From positions 16,058,001-16,122,000 of the forward strand of contig NC_073381.1 in NCBI RefSeq assembly GCF_028641065.1: 64,000 nucleotides of DNA. The letters run 5' to 3'. The translations under genes and the position numbers were made by a program. The stretch comes from Leucoraja erinacea (taxonomy: Eukaryota). Positions 56,011 to 64,000 of the stretch are shown here, piece by piece. A model generated the notes under the pieces. That model saw nothing but the letters and a program-made list of their open reading frames with translations, searched no databases and was not told where the DNA came from. The number at the start of each line of letters is the position of its first letter. The first letter of the stretch is position 1.

Positions 56011-56972
56011 GTGCTGGGACCGCAGCTATTTACAATATATATTAATGATTTAGTTGAAGGGATTCAAAGTAACATTAGCAAATTTGCAGATGACACAAAG
56101 CTGGGTGGCAGTGTGAACTGTGAGGAGGATGGTATGAGAATTCAGGGTGACTTGGACAGTTTGGGTGAGTGGGCAGATGCATGGCAGATGCAGTTTAATG
56201 TGGATAAATGTGAGGTTATCCACTTTGGCTGCAAAAACAGGAAGGCAGATTATTATTTAAATGGTGTCAAGTTGGGAAAAGGGGAAGTACAATGGGATCT
56301 GGGGGTCCTTGTTCATCAGTCAATGAAAGAAAGCGAATGGCATATTGGCCTTTATAACAATAAGAGTTGAGCATAGGAGCAAAGAGGTCCTTCTGCAGTT
56401 GTACTTGGCTCTAGTGAGACCACACCTGTAGTATTGTGTGCAGTTTTGGTCTCTAAATTTGAGAAAGGACACCCTTGCTATGGAGGGAGTTCAGCGTAGG
56501 TTTACAAGGTTAATTCCTGGGATGGTGGGAATTATGTTGATAGAATGGAGCGGCTGGGCTTGTATACTCCGGAATTGAGAAGGATGAGAGGGAATCTTAT
56601 TGAAACAAATAAGATTATTAAGGGTTTGGACATGCCAGAAGCAGGAACATGTTCCCGATGTTGGGGGAGTACAGAACCAGGGGCCGCAATTTAAGAATAA
56701 GGGGTAAGGCATTTAGAACGGAGATGTGGAAACACTTTTTTACACAGAGAGTTGTGAGTCTGTGGAATTCTCTGCCTCAGAGGGCAGTGGAGGCCGGTTC
56801 TCTGGATACTTTCAAGAGATAGCTTTATAGGGCTCTTAAAGATAGCAGAGTCAGGGGATATGGGGAGAAGGCAGGAACGGGGTACTGATTGTGGATGATC
56901 AACCATGATGACATTGAATGGCGGTGCTGGCTCGAAGGGCCGAATGGTCTACTCCTGCACCTATTGTCTATT
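56011..56972 (+). mobile_element. CR1 3' half, degenerate
   Basis: VLGPQLFTIYIND, SKFADDTKLGG; (tctattg)n tail. Confidence 0.88.
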
Positions 56973-57190
56973 GACTTCTCTAATTTCAGGTAGTTCTTGC
57001 TCTCTCCCTCCTTCCTCTCCCCTTCCCAGCTCTCCCACAGCCTACCGTCTCCGCATCTTCCTTTCTCCTTCCCGCCTCCCCACCCCCACCCCCACATCAG
57101 TCTGAAGAAGTGTCTCGACCTGAAACATCACCCATTCCTTCACTCCATAGATGCTGCCTCACCCGCTGAGTTACTCCAGCTTTTTGTTAC
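56970..57190 (+). mobile_element. Penelope-like 3' end/pLTR with degenerate hammerhead core
   Basis: Reverse complement of 52140-52325; cagtctgaagaagtgtctcgacctgaaacatcaccc. Confidence 0.82.
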
Positions 57191-59013
57191 CATTGAGAGA
57201 TATAGATGGTGATAGAGAGAGATATATTGAACAAATGAATGAAAGATATGCAAAAAAAGTTACGACTATAAAGGGAATAGGCCATTGTTAGCTGTGGGTT
57301 AGGTGAAAATGAATTACAGACAATGAGACTCAACAGGACCTATTATTAGTTGATATTAGTTGATATTAGTAACGACGTGGGTAGAGGAGGGAGAAAGAAG
57401 GGTTGCAAGAGTTTTTTGAAGCTGGGTTGTAAGCTGCCCATATTTCCCATAGTTTGTATGATCAACAGGCCCCAGGCTCTTCTGCCCCAGTCTGACTAGG
57501 TAGTGGTCACCGATTTGGAAAGTGAATAAGTACAGTGGAATCTGTAAATTTAGAGATGCAGTTCTGAAACGAGCCCTTCGACCCACCGAATCCGCGCCGA
57601 CCAGCGATCCCCGTACACTAGCATTATCCTACACACAATAGGGACAATTTACAATCGTACCAACCCAATTAACCTACAAATCTGTAAGATTTTGGAGTGT
57701 GGGAAGAAATTGGAGGTAAATATAACACTGGATAGGCACATGGATATGCAGGGAACAGTTGGTCATGGCATCATGTTCAGCACAGACATTGCGGGCTGAA
57801 GGGCCTGTCCCTGTACTATACCGTTCTACTGGAAATGTCTGTTTCAAACATGTCCTATCTCTACCAAATGTTCAACATTCCTATCAAGTCTGTTTGTAAC
57901 TTTCTCTCACTTCATAAAACCAATCCTAATTTTCGCATTGAATGTATGAACATATGCCATACTTCCCAAACTATTTTAATAGAGTGATTATCAGACAACA
58001 CTTGACACTGAGCCACATAAGATTTTAGGACAGATGTGGTTGGAAAAGTGATAGGTTTCAATGAACCTCTTTGTAGGATAGAGGGATTATTGCATATTAA
58101 CTTAAAGTGCATCACTATGGAGCAGAGATTAAAACAGGCTTGCAAAAGGCATAACAATTGGAAAAGTGTAGTGATATCATGAGGCCGATCTGTAGATGGA
58201 TGAAAAAACAAAGATCTGTAGAGGGATGAAAAAACAAATCACGGAAAGTTTGAAATTGCCAGAATCAAAATTAATATATTTCAGGAATCCTGCGGGACCA
58301 TATCATGTTGTTTCCAGTATTATGGCTTAATATCCTTCATATATCGTGGGGTTCAAAACCTGTGGCCTTATTGTCATTTAATGGAAAATCAAGATTAAAC
58401 CTTAATGATTCTTGCAATAAAATCCAGCAAGCTGTGGATTTTAGTGGACATCCACCTGAAATGCAGTTTTAATGTCTTGTGAGAAAAACTCTCATTCATG
58501 CCATGCAACACATGATTCATGCAAATTTGCACTGGCCTATGCTTACAAAGGATGTCCACACACTTAAATTGTCTGAAGCAACTTCTTTCAACTAAAGTCC
58601 AGATATAAAAGATAAGATATGAAACCTTTCTTTGGAATTGGAAGAAGAAATTTATTTTATAAATTGACATAGGGCCTCAACCTGAAATGTAGACAATCGC
58701 TCCAGCAGAATTTCATTGCCCAAATTCCAGCATCCGCAGCCCCTTGTGTTTCTGTGACAATAATTCTTTGGTGCCCTACATTTCAACAGTCAGCATCTTT
58801 CTACATTCATAAAACATTGGCCAACAGCACAATCTCACAGGACAAAAACAATGTAGTCCTGCTGTCATCAACATGTAACAAGCACGTTCTTGTATATGCC
58901 TAACAATAAACCTTGGTTTTTCTCAATAAATCAGTTGTGTAAATGAAAGGCAGCAACCTACAGTATCTCACATTTCATTTGTTTCAAAACATTCATATAC
59001 AGACCATACACTG

Positions 59014-59862
59014 TTTAGTTTAGTTTATTGTCACGTGTACCGAGGTGCAGTGAAAAGCTTTTGTTGCGTGCTAACCAGTCAGTGGAAAGACAAGACATGA
59101 TTACAATTGAGCCATCCACAGTGTACAGATACATAATAAAGGCTATAACATGTGTAACATTTAGTGCAAGATAAAGCCAGTAAAGTCTGATCATAGATAG
59201 TCTGAGGGTCTCCAATGAGGTAGATAGTAACCATATAACCATATAACAATTACAGCACGGAAACAGGCCATCTCGGCCCTACAAGTTCGTGCCGAACAAC
59301 TTTTTTCCCTTAGTCCCACCTGCCTGCACTCATACCATAACCCTCCATTCCCTTCTCATCCATATGCCTATCCAATTTATTTTTAAATAATACCAATGAA
59401 CCTGCCTCCACCACTTCCACTGGAAGCTCATTCCACACCGCCACCACTCTCTGAGTAAAGAAGTTCCCCCTCATGTTACCCCTAAACTTCTGTCCCTTAA
59501 TTCTGAAGTCATGTCCTCTTGTTTGAATCTTCCCTATTCTCAATGGGAATAGCTTGTCCACATCAACTCTGTCTATCCCTCTCATCATTTTAAAGACCTC
59601 TATCAAGTCCCCCCTTAACCTTCTGCGCTCCAGAGAATAAAGACCTAACTTATTCAACCTATCTCTGTAACTTAGTTGTCGAATCCCAGGCAACATTCAG
59701 GTTCAGGATTCCTCTCTAGTTGTGGTGGGATGGTTCAGTTGCCTGATATCAGCTGGGAGGAAACTGTCCCTGAATCTGGAAGTGTGTGTGTTCACACTGC
59801 TACACCTTTTGCCGGATGGGAGAGGAGAGAGGAGGGAGTGGCCAGGGTGTGGCTTGTCTTTG
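59014..59862 (-). mobile_element. Rex1-like 3' end split by a CR1 3' end (59228-59697)
   Basis: HPGHSLLSPLPSGKR...TSRFRDSF peptide; CR1 ORF 59310-59696 with (ccatataa)n tail. Confidence 0.82.
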
Positions 59863-61804
59863 AGTGTACAGAGTGGTACACATCGCCCCACATCTGGAAC
59901 ACTCACACTTTACACATTCTCAAACAGATAGAATAGATGTTGTGACTGGCCCCTCCCTCAGATGCCACTCTGATCCCTATCACCAGCTGACCAGGAGAGG
60001 CCAGTCCCCAGCATCAGTCCTGGCTCCAATTAGTTGACATTGCATGATTGAACACCTGAACCTCGTCAGCCTAATCCCAGGCATCCCAGCCAGAGGGAGA
60101 GAGCTGCCTGCTTGTTAGCTGTGTTCCCCTTGAACCACTGGGACAAGCCTCAGACCATTAGTGCCACTGTGTGGTCAAGGCTGAGCTGCTGGAAAGAAGT
60201 CTTAGATGGCCTGTGACTCTACTGAGGCCACGACTGAGATGTTAGTTGCTCCTCCTGCCCACAGACAATGAGGGACTGCACCCGCACACAGAGGCAAAGA
60301 CTGAGCTGCCAGGATAAGCCAAAGACCACCAGTGGTGCTTCTTCAAGCCCCAAAGCTGAGCCGCGAGGATAAGCCTGAGATTGCCACAACTCCTCCTCTC
60401 AGAACAGCACTGAATGGCAGGGGCAAGCCTGAGATCACCAGATGATGAGGGATAGCGCCCCCATGTGGTTCTGGACATTCTTGTTACTGAAAAGAAAACA
60501 TATCACGTGAGTTCACCCTAGTGTGAGTATTGGTGTGGTGACTGCTGAACCTGGCTGCAACCCTGATGCCACAGAGTCCACTGAAAGTTGTTCATGTTAG
60601 CCATAACCCCTAGTGAGCTTTGTTGCACGCTTGTCATCTTATGCCATTTTAGAATCAAGTTTTCAATCTCTAATTATAGCAGATTTTTACTGTGTGGGAC
60701 ATTTTAATAAGCTGGTTTCAAATGTTACGACCCATATTCTGGTCAGAATCCCATTACACATTAAGGCATGAGAAACTCAGCGGGTGTGGCAGCATCTCAC
60801 ACAGAGAGTGGTGAATCTCTGGAATTCTCTGCCACAGAAAGTAGTTGAGGCCAGTTCATTGCTATATTTAAGAGGGAGTTAGATGTGGCCCTTGTTGCTA
60901 AAGGGATCAGGGGGTATGGCGAGAAGGCAGGTACAGGATACTGAGTTGGATGATCAGCCATGATCATATTGAATGGGGGTGCAGGCTCGAAGGGCCGAAT
61001 GGCCTACTCCTGCACTTATTTTCTATGTTTCTATCTATGGAGCGAAGGAAATAGGCAACGTTTCGGGTCAAAACCCTTCTTCAGACTTTCGATTTTCCAG
61101 CATCTGCAGTTCCTTCTAAATACCTTAAGGCATTGTTGCACCAGGTGTAAGATTGTAGAAACTAGGAACTGCATATGCTGGTTCAATTGTGGTTTTACTG
61201 GACACAAAGTGCTGGAGCAATTCAGTGGGTCAGCATCTCTGGAGAACATGGACAGGTGATATTTTGGGTTGGGACTCTTCTTCAGATTGTTCTTTCCAGC
61301 CAACCCAGACTTCCTAAAGTGGCAGCAAGCACCAGGCTTGGGAGATACTGCTAGTCAGCTCAATATCCTTCTAAGTGAGGGTGAACTTTTAACACCCCAA
61401 AATAGCTGACTAAAGCACAACTGTTCTCTTATAGAATTTGGCAAACCTCTCCGACAGACATAAACGGCATCTAGTAATTAACTAAACCAGTCAACAGCCA
61501 GCTAGACACTGCTGCATTGGCAGTATAGGTTGGAAGCACTAAGACCATACTGCTTTGCATGTATAGTTGATCCAGTAGCTACATCATGTCTTTGGCTTGT
61601 CCTCCAAATAATTGCATGAAATTGGCAGTGATAGATTCATCACAAGATAGCACATGGGCTGTCAAGCAGAAGACCAGTATTTTTCCTCAAGCTTAGAAAG
61701 AATTGTTGTAGGGATAATCAACTCTCTCCTTATCAACCCGTCTCTAGACTGACACTGCTGGAGGTTGGGAGAGGATCTCAGCTCATTCACTGTTTGCAGA
61801 GCAT

Positions 61805-62095
61805 CTTTAGACTTTAGAGATACAGCGTGGAAACAGGCCATTTGGCCCACTGAGTCTGTGCCGACCCATGATCACCCCGTACACTAACACTATCCTACAC
61901 ACTCGGGACAATTTACAATTTTACCGAAGCCAATTAACCTGCAAATCTGTACTACTGTGGATGTGGGGGGAAATCGGAGCACCGAGAAATCCCATGTGGT
62001 CACAGTTAGAATGTGGAAACTCCGTGCAGACAGCACCATTAGTCGGGATCAAACCTGAGTCTCCGGCACTGTCAGGCAGCAATTCTACCACTGTA
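61805..62095 (-). mobile_element. HE1-like SINE; partial copy also at 57548-57715
   Basis: Same head, V-domain and tail. Confidence 0.82.
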
Positions 62096-62738
62096 TTGGC
62101 ACACTCCACAACACCTATTGCCTAGACCCCAGAAAATGGTCAGGTGTTGAGAAATTCTAGCAGGGAGAAGAGTTGAAGAGTTAAGGAGAAGGGTGAAGGA
62201 AAGACAACTATAGGTTGGCAATATATTCTTGATTCCCCCTCTTGGCTTATTCCCAAACTTGGACAATAGTGTCAAGTCCCTAGCTGGCGGGGGAGGGTCC
62301 TGTACATTGTGCAGGTGTACATTGGGAAATAGGCAGGGTCCTGTACATAGTGCTGATGTACTATTGGGAATTGACATGCTGTAGAAAGTATGTATTTGTC
62401 ATGGTTACAGATAGGAAGGTTCTTCCAACTGCTCTTGTAAAGTGGCTCCAAATATCATTTGCAGGCTGCCGCCAGGGAGGACTCCCAGTTTGTTTCTATA
62501 AAGAGAAGCCTCGTTGATTTGCAAAGTAAGCATCTACAGTAAGCTGCTTCTGGACCTGCGCCTGCCAGCGGACTGCTGGGATGACATTTAATTTTAATAA
62601 TAGATATTTACTGGTTCTAACCTCTTCAGTCAACCTAAATATAAACTTGCCAGATTGTTAGAAAAAATGTGCCTTTTATTATATAGTCTATTGACAGTAA
62701 CAAGTCTCCACCATATTAGACAACTAGTTGTCATCTTA

Positions 62739-63173
62739 AGCCCCGTCCCACTTAGGAAACCTAAACGGAAACCTCTGGAGACTTTGCGCCCCATCCAAGG
62801 TTTCCGTGCGGTTCCCGGAAGTCTCCCTAATGGTCGAAAGTGGTTTCCGCTTCTTCTATTTTTTCGCCGATTATTTCAAGACCTTCCACCACCTGCAACC
62901 TCCGGCAACCACCTGCAACCTCCGGCAACCACCTTCAACTAGCATCGCAACCGACTTCGACTAAAAAATTACCGATTTTTAAAATGGCAACCTAATTTTA
63001 GTCGCGGCCGGTTTTGAATTTTTTGAAATAATCGCCGGAACATAGAAGAAGCGGAAAACACGTTCGACCATTAGGGAGACTGACAAAAACCTCCGGGAAC
63101 TGCACGGAAACCTTGAGTGGGGCGCAAAGTCTACAGAGGTTTCCATTCAGGTTTCCTAAGTGGGACAGGGGCA
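62739..63173. mobile_element. Harbinger/PIF-type MITE, ~435 bp, long TIRs
   Basis: TTA|AGCCCCGTCCCACTTAGGAAACC ... GGTTTCCTAAGTGGGACAGGGGCA|TTA; arms inverted over ~130 bp; central accacctgcaacctccggca tandem. Confidence 0.85.
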
Positions 63174-63184
63174 TTAGTCACTTG

Positions 63185-63700
63185 AAATTGAAGATGACTT
63201 GCTCCCACTCCAGTTTTGTGTGCCCTGAGGTAACTAATGAGGCCAATGTGGGAACCACAGGCTCTTCTACACAGAGCAGTTGGCGCTTGACTTCATGCAT
63301 GAGATCATGCACTTTTCTGACCCAAGCAGGCCCTCTGCATGCTCCCGATGCTTGGACTTGAGATCCTCAAAACCATCACAAATGCTCCTTCTCCACATTG
63401 AGCGGTCTTGTGCCAGGGATGCCCAGGAATCAGAGTGAGCTTTGCATTCTTTCAAGGAGGTTTTGAGCTTTGGCTTTTTTCCTTTATCCGTCTGGCTATC
63501 TCTTTCAGTGACAGAGCTAGGGGCAGCATGTCAGCTGTCGGGCGTACAAAAGATGTGGCTGAACGTAACCAGTCTCAATGCTGTGGAGATTAGCCTGGGA
63601 GAGGATGTGTACCGCATGCCTCTGGAAGTTCAACATTTTCGGTAGTTTAACTTGGAGGTGTTTCAAGATGACATTATCTTGGGCATTCATAGAATTGAGT
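63185..63700 (-). mobile_element. Degenerate RTE-clade LINE 3' end
   Basis: LKECKAHSDSWASLAQDRSMWRRSI..G peptide typical of RTE C-termini. Confidence 0.7.
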
Positions 63701-64000
63701 GGAGAAAGAAACAAACCAAAGCTGAGTGTGGGATTGATAGTGGGGATGGGGGATGTGGGAGGTATGATTTGGATGGAATGACAGATTTGCAATGATTTAA
63801 TAATAGTTTAATTTCATTTGTAAAGCTATTGATATTTAATTTACTTTCTGAATAAAAAGGCCCACACTTGTGTTGAGTCCCCTGGACTGAAGAATTTTGG
63901 AAATGACAGATTTTTTTGGTCTTGATTTAGTTAAATTTTAGTTTAATAGGTTGTGTTATGTGTGGGGGGGGGGGGTGGGGATGAAACATGTTTTTTTGTC

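Noticed and set aside
1-61290. Recurring ~30-40 bp repeats that might suggest a CRISPR array
   Set aside because: Dispersed in both orientations in a vertebrate genome, no regular spacers, no cas genes; explained by retroelement ends
57200-64000. Exons of a neighbouring downstream gene
   Set aside because: No recognisable non-TE coding exon with splice sites; ORFs are TE-derived or random

Overview
This is vertebrate genomic DNA, almost certainly an elasmobranch (skate/ray/shark), judged from abundant HE1-like SINEs and CR1/HER1-like LINE tails. Positions 1-~51.6 kb hold the 3' half of the spectraplakin gene dystonin (DST/BPAG1) on the + strand. I traced 23 exons with AG/GT boundaries and consistent phases: spectrin repeats, two EF-hands, the GAR/GAS2 domain, a GSR-rich tail with an SKIP (SxIP) motif, the stop at 50494, and a ~1 kb TE-free 3'UTR. 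Three are cassette-type exons (18, 69 and 111 nt). The introns and the downstream 12 kb are dense with TEs: CR1, Rex1/Babar, RTE, L1, Penelope-like, HE1 SINE, Tc1, MITEs and a solo LTR. Most ORF-track entries are TE fragments or shadow ORFs. Best leads: (1) about 20 Penelope pLTR-derived short repeats carrying a minimal hammerhead-ribozyme core, often inserted as hairpins with TSDs; (2) two candidate unannotated DST microexons in the C-terminal splicing cluster, a 15-nt in-frame exon and a 14-nt exon that gives MEGIL-stop whether spliced or read through; (3) a structured GC-rich non-coding Rex1-tailed element family; (4) a sense solo LTR with a poly(A) signal behind the GAR exon; (5) a reconstructable ~3 kb inversion in a TE nest. 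No prokaryotic systems, CRISPR, rRNA or true tRNA genes are seen. Family and homolog assignments are from recognition, not database searches.
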